64,000 bases of DNA from Camelus ferus. Lineage: Eukaryota. Numbering within the stretch: the first letter of the stretch is position 1; every line of letters starts with the position of its first letter. The notes below the pieces were generated by a model. It ran no database searches, was not told where the DNA came from, and saw only the letters and a program-made list of their open reading frames with translations. Positions 44,074 to 55,089 of the stretch are shown here, piece after piece. The position numbers were made by a program, and so were the translations under genes. The stretch covers positions 81,160,001-81,224,000 of the forward strand of contig NC_045697.1 in the NCBI RefSeq assembly GCF_009834535.1, written 5' to 3'.

Positions 44074-44129
44074 CTAAAAGAAAGCCAGAACAACATCGTA
44101 GGACATGTGGTCAGCTGAATTCGATTCAG

Positions 44130-44800
44130 TTCAAATTGTTTGCACTGAATTCTATGCTAATGATGCAATATATAAAACAAATAGGATAGAGTTTTTGTCC
44201 TTCAGCAGCTCATAACCTTATGATGCTCTGATGGTATGATAAACATAGTAAATACTTTGGGTGTGTGGTGTGTAGGTGAGATTGATTCTGAATTTTGAAT
44301 ACAGAAAGTTTAGGGGGAGGATAAGAAGAGAACATGGCCCTTCCTCAGATAGATATAGAAAAACAAGGTGTCACTTGAGCAAGTACCCAAATATGAGAGA
44401 TGGAAGAGCACAATGTGGTGTATGTGTGTGTGTGTCTGTGTGAGCCTGAGTGTGTCTGTGTGAGTCTGTGATGTTGAAGACAACCAGAAAGGTTAAGTAT
44501 GAACCATAAAGTGATGAGTTTTACTGTTAAACTGAGGAAGTGGGAATTCATTCTATTGGAATGGTGTAGGTGAGGAAGCTCTCTGAGCATGGAGGACCAT
44601 GAGATGCCTTTAGGAAGGAGGATATAGTAACCACACATAGAAGTGAGGAAGAAATGAATAAAGGCTGTGCATTAGGAAGCTATTGCAATGGTGCAGATTA
44701 GAGGGAACACGAGTACCCAAACTAGATTATTGGTGGTCAGATTAAAAGCCTGGGGTTGAATGCCATACAAGATTCAGTGATGTTTTGGATACAGAAGGTA
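44130..44800 (-). mobile_element. Degraded L2 just upstream of the NDST4 exon acceptor
   Basis: 'gtttttgtccttcagcagctcata', 'ttaggaagctattgcaatggtgcagattagagg'. Confidence 0.55.
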
Positions 44801-46989
44801 AATAAAAAGTGAAGACTGGTTTTGGACCTTAGAAGCTCAATTCATTTTTATAAAACCTACTACATACTATGAGATGCTTGCTTTGGGTAAACAGTCATTT
44901 CTAAAGGAAAAGGGGTATATATTTAAAACAAAAGTACAAAACATTGTCAGAGAATGGTATTATATTGTGAGGTATGTGATAGAGATCTGCAGTCTTATAA
45001 TTTCTGCTTCTTTGTATTTCTCTCTTTAAATGCTTGTCTGCTTTATAAAGATGCCTTATAGGATTGAATCTCATCAATTGAGGTTATAAATGACAACACA
45101 CAGTAATATATGAAGGCTGATTGAATCAATAAACAGAACACCAAAGTGTTGACTTGACAATTGCCGTTGGTATTTTCTATTACATGACATAGCATAGGAA
45201 AAGAATTCAGTCTGGCATAATAAGCAAGCAGTGAATGGATCACATATCTACAATGCCTAAGTCATATGCCACAATCAGTTCAGAAGATGGGCCCTAAATA
45301 TCTTGCAAGTCTCCTTCATTTTTCCTTTCATGGAGTGACCCTCATTGTAGAGCCAAATTCACCTCTCTTTCATCAGGATCATGTGTTTTCTAACATCTAT
45401 TACAATAAATGACTCCGGAGAAAGACTGAATTATGATATCAACGCTGTAAAATGAGCTGGAGTCTTTGGCTAGGTACGGGGGAAAATTCATTTCTTTGTG
45501 TGAGCAGAGGAAAAATGCTTCTTCCAGGAGCTTGCATTTTCAATTTAAGGCCAGGATGGAAAAGTCTAGTAACAGAACTACTTGGAAACTACAAGGGGGA
45601 CGGGCAACTACTATTACCCTGACAATTACTGGAAAAAGCCTTAGTTATCTCTGGTCAGTTCCATGTTGTCCAGTGAAGTGTCACAAAAATCATCTTCGTG
45701 GTCGAGTATCACGTGAGGATGAGTACCACGGAGTGGCCAAGATGCGGGTGCACTGGGCGTGAGATACAGACGCACTTTCTCCTGGGGGAAATCTAAGGTC
45801 GAGGGTGTTCAAACCTCTCTGTCTAGTAAATAGAATTTATGTGACTGCTGCTTAGAGGAGCACTTCTGATTTACAAAAAAGGGGAAGACTATTATGCTCT
45901 CATTACACTTTCAAGTGATTCATACTGAGGTTTCGTAATAGTCTTGTCCCATGATTACAAGAATAACAAAATCAATGGTGCATGCATCCTAACAGTCTTC
46001 ACTAGCCACTTTGTTAGTCCTCATTTTTTATCACTGTATAATATTTTATTCCAAATTTTGGGCCTAGAATGCTAGATAAGTGTGTGAAGCTTCCAGAAGC
46101 AAAGATGAAAAATAAAATCATAAAGAGAACTGAAATTTTAAACAACTGTATCTCTTCAGAAAAAAAAAATTCACTTTTGACAGGTAGTAAAATGAATTGT
46201 GGAGCTTTCATGAAAAAAAACCAGAAGGTAAAAAGCAATTGATTTGGTGAGTAGGAAGGAAGGGACAGTAAAAAGATTTTATTATATTTATTGATTTCTG
46301 GGGGCTTAATGTTATACTGCTCATAAGGTCATCTTATCACACTGACAACTGGAGCTCAATCAAAATAGTAAATCACACTAGATAATTACGAGTTTATACT
46401 TCTTCAATCTAAATGATAACACAAGATGAAAAGTAATTCCCTCGTAGCTCTTTTTTCTGTTATCAAGGGGCTTGCTGTAGAAACCGTCATTCTTTACTGT
46501 CTGGAGCTTAAAACTTCACAGTGATTCGGTCAACCAAAAGGTGAACTAAATAAATATTTACACAAGATCACAAAAATTACAAAATCTGAAATACTTTCTA
46601 ATGTGACTGTAGGAAGCATTTGAGACTATAAAATTAGACACAGAAATGACAAAGTAAAGTAACCCAAACATGGTTTTTATTATTTATTAAAACAATGTAT
46701 CTTACAGGATCTAGGAGTTCTATGATATCATAATATGACATGACACCACAAGTATTTACAGGGGAATGTCTCTTGATCTAGTTTCCCAGTTACATTAAAT
46801 TGCCAGTTGAATGGAAAATGAGATAATGTGATAATTTACCGACCATATAAAAGTAGGGTCATCTCTTTCCAAAAACTAGAATAAAATTAAATCTGTTTAG
46901 CACCAACATGCTTAACAGTAATAGACGTGAACTCATTTAATTTTTCTTGAATCATTCTCACTGATCAGATCTGCTTGCATTTGCTTAGA

Positions 46990-47420
46990 ACCTGATATTT
47001 ATGAAGTGTTTTTACAATTGTGTCTAACATTATCCTCATGATTACCCTATGAGGTAGCCCGGATGCTCTTATCAAATGTGGAAACTGAGTCTCAGAGGAG
47101 GAAGAGAGATATATAGAGAGATAGATACATAACATGATAGTATCCAGCTAGACGAATTGGTGTTTCAGTGAGTTTTCTTGGAGAAATACTGGGCAGCGTT
47201 TTAGCAAACTCTTCCTCTTTTCCTAGAATTCAAACTACTAACATCTCACCTGAACCCCTTAAACCTTTTATACTTATTAGAAAGGGGCAAAAATAACCTT
47301 TTTAGTCAGATTTCCATGACAGAAGCAGAGGAAGGAAAATGATCTGCTCATGTTCACAAATACCAGAGCTAGAAAAGATACCCAAGTCTTCTAGACACAT
47401 TGCTTTTGCTTTTCTAAGTT
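46990..47420 (-). mobile_element. MIR SINE interrupted by the left inverted-repeat arm
   Basis: MIR-like motifs 'atcctcatgattaccctatgaggtag' and 'ggaaactgagtctcagag' before 47109, continuing as 'tgatctgctcatgttcaca...cagagctag...acccaagtcttctagac' after 47334. Confidence 0.7.
47109..47329 (+). repeat. Left arm of 221-bp inverted duplication
   Basis: Reverse complement of 47948-48168, checked base by base; single mismatch (47198 vs 48079). Confidence 0.97.
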
Positions 47421-47947
47421 GTTACTATTGTGGCTCTCTCCCCACTCTCAGTTAATGACGAGAAGTACTTTACTGACAAAAGGGAATTGATTTTAATACA
47501 TATTTCTGAATTGGAACTCCTACTGCTCTATTTTTTAATTGGAGGGGTTATAAAGCAAAATTTTCCATTTCCCGAACTCTGCAGCTATCATTTTTGAGGC
47601 AAACAAGTTTCAGCCAATTAGAAGTCCTCAGGACAGATGTCAGAAGGCAGTAGACAGGGAGGTGCTGAAGTCTGGCAGCTCCTGGCTCCTGTTGCTGGTA
47701 TGTAAGATCTTTTCAGAAGCAGTATTCGTTGCCCATTTGCAGGCAGCACTGGAAATTTATTGCCTCTGTCAGAGCTCCAGTAGCAGTGTTAGAAGCGGTC
47801 GCTGCCCTAGGGAAGCAGTTCTGTCTGGCTCTGCAAGTCCCAGAGGAGTACAGTCTAGAGTCTGCTCCATCAGCCCTTTCAAAGTTTTTGGAAGCATTTA
47901 AATTGCAGAATAAAAATTTTCTTTGTTTAAAATGACTCCAAATGGCT

Positions 47948-48168
47948 TCTGCTTCTGTCATGGAAATCTGACTAAAAAGGTTATTTTTGCCCCTTTCTAA
48001 TAAGTATAAAAGGTTTAAGGGGTTCAGGTGAGATGTTAGTAGTTTGAATTCTAGGAAAAGAGGAAGAGTTTGCTAAAATGCTGCCCAGTATTTCTCCAAG
48101 AAAACTCACTGAAACACCAATTCGTCTAGCTGGATACTATCATGTTATGTATCTATCTCTCTATATAT
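47948..48168 (-). repeat. Right arm of 221-bp inverted duplication
   Basis: Reverse complement of 47109-47329, 220/221 identical. Confidence 0.97.
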
Positions 48169-49529
48169 GACTGTTAAGTCTTATGCACTGATCAGCTAAT
48201 GACTAGTGTGTAGAGAAAATAACTAGGAGACTAGTCTACATAAATAATAAATGTCATGGGTCAACGCCATGGTGAAACCATATATGTTATAGTTGTACAT
48301 AATGAAGGGAAATAAATTCTACTGAAAGAACATTGCTCCAATAGATTAATTTTGATGACTGCAAACACCTTTGTGCCAGCATGTAATGCAATATCCCCTT
48401 GTGAGGATAACCACATTTTGATAAATAAGCAAAAGGATCTGCAGGCTTCACATGAAGACTTAGAAAGAACAATTCTGTGGTCAGTCACTGGTAGATACTT
48501 TTTAGAAGACCTAGCATAGAGAACTAGAGAAAAAAGGAGAAAAATGAGAGTTAGGAGGACTGGGCTCATGGACACATAGGAGACATTCCCTGGATCTACC
48601 ACAAATACAGAAACCCGAATGAGGTCTTGATACAGAGAGGAGGAAGAGCCAGCCAAACAGCATTTTCTCCCTATTATTGTCACCTTCTGTTTGCACTCCA
48701 GGAGACATGGCTTGTGAAACCAGACCTAACGCGTTTAGGATGGTGCTATATTCCCAGGGCTTAGCAACATGCCCGGCACCTTGTTGGTGTTTAATAAATA
48801 TTTTTTAAGGAAATAATAGACAAAAATTCATTAAATAAATTCATTATAAATATTTAATGAATAAATGTAAAAGAAAAATAAATGAAATAAAGATTGCATA
48901 AATGAATGCACTTATAGTAAAGAGATCATGCATTGGAAAGTACCCTGTTGAACATACAGTACTGATTTGTCCTCCTAAATACACAGCTTCCAGGGAGTGA
49001 CACTGGTGCTAAAGAAAACAGATCTCATTATCTATTTTCCCTTTTAATAAGGACTTGGAATCATATTGTCAACTGTAAGAATGGTCCTAGGATCATTTAT
49101 TTTGCACCGTGTTTTGGGAACTAAAATTGTCTTCTGTTTTCATAAGTGATAAAAGCAATGACTGTGTGACCCTGGAAATTGGCTGGGTCAGTCTTGACAG
49201 TTTTTGGACGGTAGCCTAGTAAATGGTGACAAATCTCTGGAGAGCTCTGTGTTACAAATGGATTTTTCTTTTGAAAAAGAAATAGCACAGCAATGGCATT
49301 GCTTCTATAGTGTGAACTTTCCAGTTTTAAGTAGAGCTATTTTGGGCAATTGAGACACATTCCTCTAATAATCTTGACCCTGCTGAAGATCTACTTCGCT
49401 GCTTAAAGAGAACAGGAAAACTGTCTTCATTCATGCTGTATAAAATATGGTTGATTAGGTACTTGCATTGCTAACTTTTTGTGGTCAGAATTCCCACTTT
49501 ACTGACAATCAAAATGTTCAACACATTTT

Positions 49530-51165
49530 GGTCCATTAATTTCCTTTATCCAACACATATTTATTATGTAACATAATGTACCTGGGACCATTATAGATGT
49601 GGAGGTTATAGCAGTGAACAAAACAGACAGAAATCCCTGCCACCAGGAAGCTTATATTTTCAGTGGGGTGCAGCCAAGATTACAAAAAACAAGAAGGTAG
49701 ATTGTGTAATATATTAGAAGGTGCTAAGAACTCTGGAGGAAAAAATAAAGCAGAGGAAAAGAGAGGCATGAAGAGGTGTAAGATGCAATATTAAACAGAT
49801 TATTCAGAGAGGGCCTCATGGAGAAGGTAATCTTTTGAGTTAAGGTCTAAATTTGTTAGAGATGAAGTGGTACAGATAACTTGCAAAAGATCATTCCAGG
49901 CAGAAGGGACTGTACTTACATTGCTCTGAGTTGAAAGCACCTCAAGTATTTTTGAGGAAGAATAAGAATTCAATTGTTTTTGGAGCAGAATTAGCAAAGG
50001 GGGAGAATAGCAAGAGATGATGTCAAGAGGCAGCGTTTCTGCAAGAAGCCTTGTCAGTTATTTACTGTATGAGCCCAGTGGGCACCACTCACACTGACTA
50101 CGCTTTGACAGAGTTTGTACGATGCAGTATCACTGGCCAGAAGGAATGGGTGCAGATCATTTAAGCCCTTACATGCCAGAATAAGGGTGTTGGTATTTAT
50201 CTTGGGTGAAATGAGGAGCTACTACTGGAAAGTTCTGAGCAGATAGATGATGTAGACTATCACTAAAAAAAAAAAAAAATTCTTCTGGCTGCTATGTCGA
50301 GAGCTGGCTAAAAGGAAATAAGGAGGACAGTAGGAGCCAGTTTCTGTAACAGTTTAGATGAGAGATATTGATAGCTTGGAGCAGAGTGGGGACAAGGTAA
50401 TAGTGAGAAGTGATTTTGTTCTGGGTATGTTGTGAAGGTGGAGTCACAGAATTTGATGCTGGCTTGAATATGAAACATGAGAGAAAGTGTTCAACTAGAG
50501 GGATTCCCAGTCTCACTCCATCAAGTGAGACTGGGAAGTTTAAAAATTAAACAGCTTTGGGGGAGAAAGATAGGACATATGTTTGAGATTAGACAGCCAA
50601 TTGATTATCTCAGGTAGGAAATCAAATAAATAAGCTCAGCATTTAGACGAGGGAGTTCAGCTGGAGACCTAAATTTGGTGCGTTATCAACATATCAATTT
50701 TACTTAAGTCATAAAACTCATTAAGATCACCAACAGAATGAGTGTGTAAACAGAGAAGAGGTCTAACGGTAAATCTTTGAGACAGATTAACATTAAGAAG
50801 TCAGAGAGAAGACATCCAGAAAATATATTGAGAAAGAGTATTGCATGTGAGATGGGATGAATACCAGGACTTTCCAATGAGAACTAATTGCCCATTGGAT
50901 TTAACACTGGTTGTCCTTTAATGAGCTGGAAAAGAGAAGATCTGGTGGAGTGGTGACGGGCAAGCAAATCAGACTGGATTTAAGAGAGAAGAGGGGAAGC
51001 TGAAATGTTGACAGTGAGTTTACTATTTAAGTTTTGCTGAAATGTAGAGTCAAGAAATGGTGCTGCATCTGGAGGGAGAAACAACATAAGCATAGTATTA
51101 TGTAAAGATGAGAGAAATAAAAAAGCATGTTTAAAGAGAAGGAAATGATTTAAAGAGGGGAAAAC
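49530..51165 (-). mobile_element. Long L2 fragment, left of the GAMT block
   Basis: 'caacacatatttattatg...atagcagtgaacaaaacagacagaaatccctgc', 'ttctggctgctatgtcgaga', 'cagctggagacctaaatttgg', 'cccattggatttaacact'. Confidence 0.85.
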
Positions 51166-51194
51166 TGTGTGTGTGTGTGTGTACTGTTTTCCCA

Positions 51195-52190
51195 CCGAAA
51201 TTGGTGAAACCCAGCGTTAGCATTTAATTTATCCTCAAGGCCCTGGGAGGAAGGTAGTGGTAATTCCGTTAGATGGTTAGGGGAGTTTGCTGGCGCCACG
51301 CAGCTGGTGTGCATGTGTACTGGGTCTGAGAGTCCACAGCCTGCACTGCCCCCGACGATGGCTCTGAATAGGGGCGTGGGGATTGGGGTTTCTTGAAGCC
51401 CAGAGTCCTTGGGGTGGTGTAGGGGTGGGCTCAGTGCTTGGTGAGGAGGGATGTGATCATCCGCTGGAAGGCAGGCTGAACAGCCGCACTTGGCCCGTGA
51501 GACCGCTCTGTGACCTGTGTGTGGACGCTCTCCTGTCTGAAGCACGCCTCCAGCAGGGAGGGCACCTGCGTCTCCTGGAACGTGGTAGTGATGTCTGAGT
51601 ACTTGAACTTCATCAGCTCCCCTCTCAGGAGGTGAGGCTGCAGTAGGTGAGGACCTCCCCTCAGCTCCCCGGCTCCTTCTGGCTTCAACAGGCAGAAGGC
51701 AGGGTCCATAATGAAGCTGAACTGGTGTGTGTGCCAAGTCTCTTCAGATGTGTGGTACAGGGTCCCATCAAAGTGACTTTTTGCAGGGTGGGCACCACGT
51801 TCTCCCACAGGCCTTTCAAGGGAACTACCTTGTGGGGCTCTGCCAGGTCTAGTCCTGCAGCCACTGGAAAACACTGTCATTGCACTCAGTGATTCAGTAC
51901 TTGTCTTTGGGGGCCGGCCTCCTGCACCTTCGTGGCTGCGATGGCCATGCCAAAGCCCACCTCCAGGACCCAGGCCCCTTTGGAGGCGGCAGCGGCAGTC
52001 AGCGCGCGCAGGTAGGGGGTCTCCCCGCGCTCCATCACCGGCTTGCCCAGAATCTGTAGGTGCGTGTCCGCCGCGTCGTAGCCCACGACCCTCCACGCGG
52101 GGCTGCCGTTCTCTCCCCGCGCGAAGATGGGCATCGCTGCGGGGGCTCTGGTGCTGCGGGCTGGACCCTGTGCCTCACAAGCTCCGGATG
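51195..52190 (-). pseudogene. GAMT: Processed (intronless) pseudogene of guanidinoacetate N-methyltransferase; CDS-derived part 52152-51431 plus UTR-like flanks
   Basis: Contiguous GAMT peptides in shifting frames: [92 protein letters not shown] (stop 51433-51431). The expected start codon position reads ACC (52152-52150). In-frame stops at Trp positions (51896-51894, 51851-51849, 51627-51625) and several frameshifts. Candidate ATTAAA at 51228-51223. Outer boundaries approximate. Confidence 0.95.
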
Positions 52191-52622
52191 TGCAGGGCTG
52201 TGTCCCTGCAGGGTCTTCTGGGCAGAGGGCCGGGAATGATCTTCTTGAACAGTTGGGAAGGGACAGAATTGAGTTTCAAGAGTATAAAACGATGGTTTTT
52301 GCATTTCTAGTTCTTTTATTCATTGTTTTAAGACAGAAGCCAAGACTGTGTGCTGCCCTCACAGAACGCCGGTCCGCAATATGTATTTCGGTCACTGCTA
52401 ACAGTTTATGGGAATAAGTGGTACTTATGCATTCAAAAAGACTTTACTAATTGATTATGACCACTTGAGTAACTAACTATGAAGATATTATAATTTTAAT
52501 TTTTTTTTCTGTGTAGACACCTTCACATTTCAAATTAAAATCAAACCTATTATTACATTTCCATTTTGTTATCACCACGTTGAAGCAGCAGTTGTAGTAA
52601 TGGGGCATGCAGAAGTTCTCTT

Positions 52623-52666
52623 TCTATTTATATACATATAAATATATTTATATGTATATAAATAGA
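52623..52666. repeat. Perfect 44-bp AT-rich palindrome
   Basis: tctatttatatacatataaatatatttatatgtatataaataga equals its own reverse complement. Confidence 0.97.
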
Positions 52667-52697
52667 TATATATACACACACACACACACAGTTTTTT

Positions 52698-53100
52698 TTT
52701 TCCCCAGTGAAATATTGACGCTCATCAGTTGAGAGTGTAGAGGGGCAAGATGTATCATAGTTTACAGAAAGAGAAGGTATGAAACGGTGATCTAGGAGAG
52801 TAAGGTTAGGAACAAAATAAGGACTTGTTGCTTAATCTCTGGGCAGCAATGAGGGGCCACTTGAGGTCTGTGGCCACTGAGGTCTTGGCTTTAAAGTGAG
52901 AACAGTTCAGTGTTGGTCCCAGCCACATTCATTTTCAGGGTTACAGGCATAGACTAGGTAGAGATTTGGATTTAAATGGAGTTGAGGCTTTACAGGGGAA
53001 TATGATGAATCCAGAAGCCTAAAGAAGTTCAGAAAGGATTCAAGGGAATGCCAATGCTGATTGGTTCTTGAGAAAAGCTGAATAAGGAGAAAAGCAAGGA
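52698..53100 (-). mobile_element. Continuation of the same L2, right of the GAMT block
   Basis: 'cagtgaaat...tcatcagttgagagtg', 'ctgggcagcaatgaggggccacttgaggt', 'tttaaagtgagaacagttcag' resemble the next part of the recalled L2 consensus. Confidence 0.65.
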
Positions 53101-55089
53101 CCTGAGAAGTGGGAGGGGCAGCAAAGATGTGAGATGAGGCTGTCTCAAGGAATGCCAGAACGGCATCTCAGTACCTTTCTCCTCACTGCTGCCTCTGCTG
53201 CATGGAAAGTTCTGGTTCTAGATTTAACTTAGTAGCAAGAGAAATGATACCAGATATTAAAATTCTGGAGCTTCTAACAATGACTTTACGCTGGAAGGAA
53301 TAACGTTCAAGATTCTAACGTGTGTAAAGAGTCAGATGGAAACGGGAAGCATTATCCATCCCATTATGACATTTCTATAGTGACTGTAAGCAGAAAGATG
53401 CAAAAAAAAAAGATATTCAAAATAATTTTGCTTAATACAAATCACAGCATTTTCACAGTATGTTCATTTGTAATTTTATCTCGAGTAAATAATACACCTG
53501 ATTTACCTTGCCATAACTCTCCATTCTTAGTACCTCAAATATCTATTCATGACATACATCTTTTTCTTTCTTTCTTTTTTTTTTTTTGCCAGTCTTCTAT
53601 TTGATTGCTTACGTTCCTGGAGTAAAACAGTGGTTTAAGTGAAATGCTTAGGGGTATGTGTGCAGGTGGGTGGGTGGGTGTGTCTGAAGCAGACAAGTTG
53701 AAGAGGGCAACTTGCCCTTTTTGAAGTTGGCTAGAATGTCCTTCATTTTTAAATTTTGCACATATTTCCAAACTTTTTGGATGCTTCCACAATAATATAG
53801 CTGATGATTTGGAATAATTAATTTAAGCCCATCACTTTGCAGAAGTAGATTTGCATAAACTATTACTTACTCTGAGCAATGGAATATATTTCTAATATTA
53901 TTTTTTGAGTCAAGCGGAAATTTCCCTTAGGAGTCATTTTTTCCCCTTAATGTCAGCTTAATGCATTTATGGAAACTGCTTTAAACATTTGGTGGAGGAA
54001 TGAACCATCCCTCTCATTGTAAATTTCTGCCCCTACCTCCAAAATACAAGGTGTTATTACATTTTGTCCTGTGACATCCTGTGCCTTTTCTAAGAATTAA
54101 AATAATTCCCATCTGTGATTGTTCCCAATTTTGTGGAAATCTTACTATCATGTAAAGTAAATTTCATCAGACAAAAAGTAAGCTTATGTTAATAAATGGT
54201 ACCTATATAATCAAAAATCTTAAGTAAATTATGATCACTTAAGTAACTGCCTATAAGGATGATTAAATTACTCTATTTTTCTATAGACATGTTGTCATAC
54301 CAAATACTGTATTTCCATTTTGTTATCTTTCATGTTAAAGTGGCATCGTATTTGGAAATTAAAGTATTGACACAGTTTTCATCTCAAAACAACTCCCCTT
54401 CAAGACTCCAATTCTGCTGTATTATTAACCAGCTTTAACTCTCTCTGCTGTCAACATGTTTGAACACAATTTCTCATATTCTCATATTGCTCACGTTACT
54501 GCAGAAATGACTGCAGGGAACTGAAGTGTTGACTCTCAAGAGGTAATCTCAGAATGATGAAAATGTTCAGCCACTAGAGATGAAGTCTAAAAGAAACTAT
54601 CAAGCTGAAAGAATGTTTCAAATTTAAAAAACAAAAGAGAGAAAAAAGGAAAAAGAAAAACATCTGGTAATTCATGCTTTTGGTGGATTATCCAATTTAA
54701 ATAGGGTATACTCAGTAGAATAGGGGTTAAATTAAAAAAAAAATCTTGACAACCTTGGCTCTTGATTAGCTTAATCATTTAATAATAAAAACAAGTTTGG
54801 TCATTGAAGCATTAAAATTAAAATCTGCCAGTGAAAGTTAATTATGCTATCATTGAGCATTCTAAGAATTCACTCACAAAACTGCTATCTAATGATTGAT
54901 AATTAGGCATAAATTTCATTATCAACATTTCTTAAAAAGTGTTAAGCCATATATTTAGGATATTCTATATAAATATTCCTTCAAAAGGTCATAGACAATG
55001 GGACAATTTGAATGTAGGCAAATCTCAAAACAGCTTAAGAGAAAACAATGCAATGAAAAAGCATTGGAGAGGGAATGAGTTCAAACTTT

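Noticed and set aside
47109..48168. Non-autonomous DNA transposon with 221-bp terminal inverted repeats
   Set aside because: No matching TSD outside the pair, and the MIR continues inside the spacer, so the spacer is local host DNA. A genome-wide copy search would confirm.
51150..51737. 195-aa minus-strand ORF
   Set aside because: Shifted frame of the GC-rich GAMT copy and its 3'UTR; no independent homology.
51431..52152. Functional GAMT gene or retrogene
   Set aside because: Start codon lost, three internal stops and multiple frameshifts.
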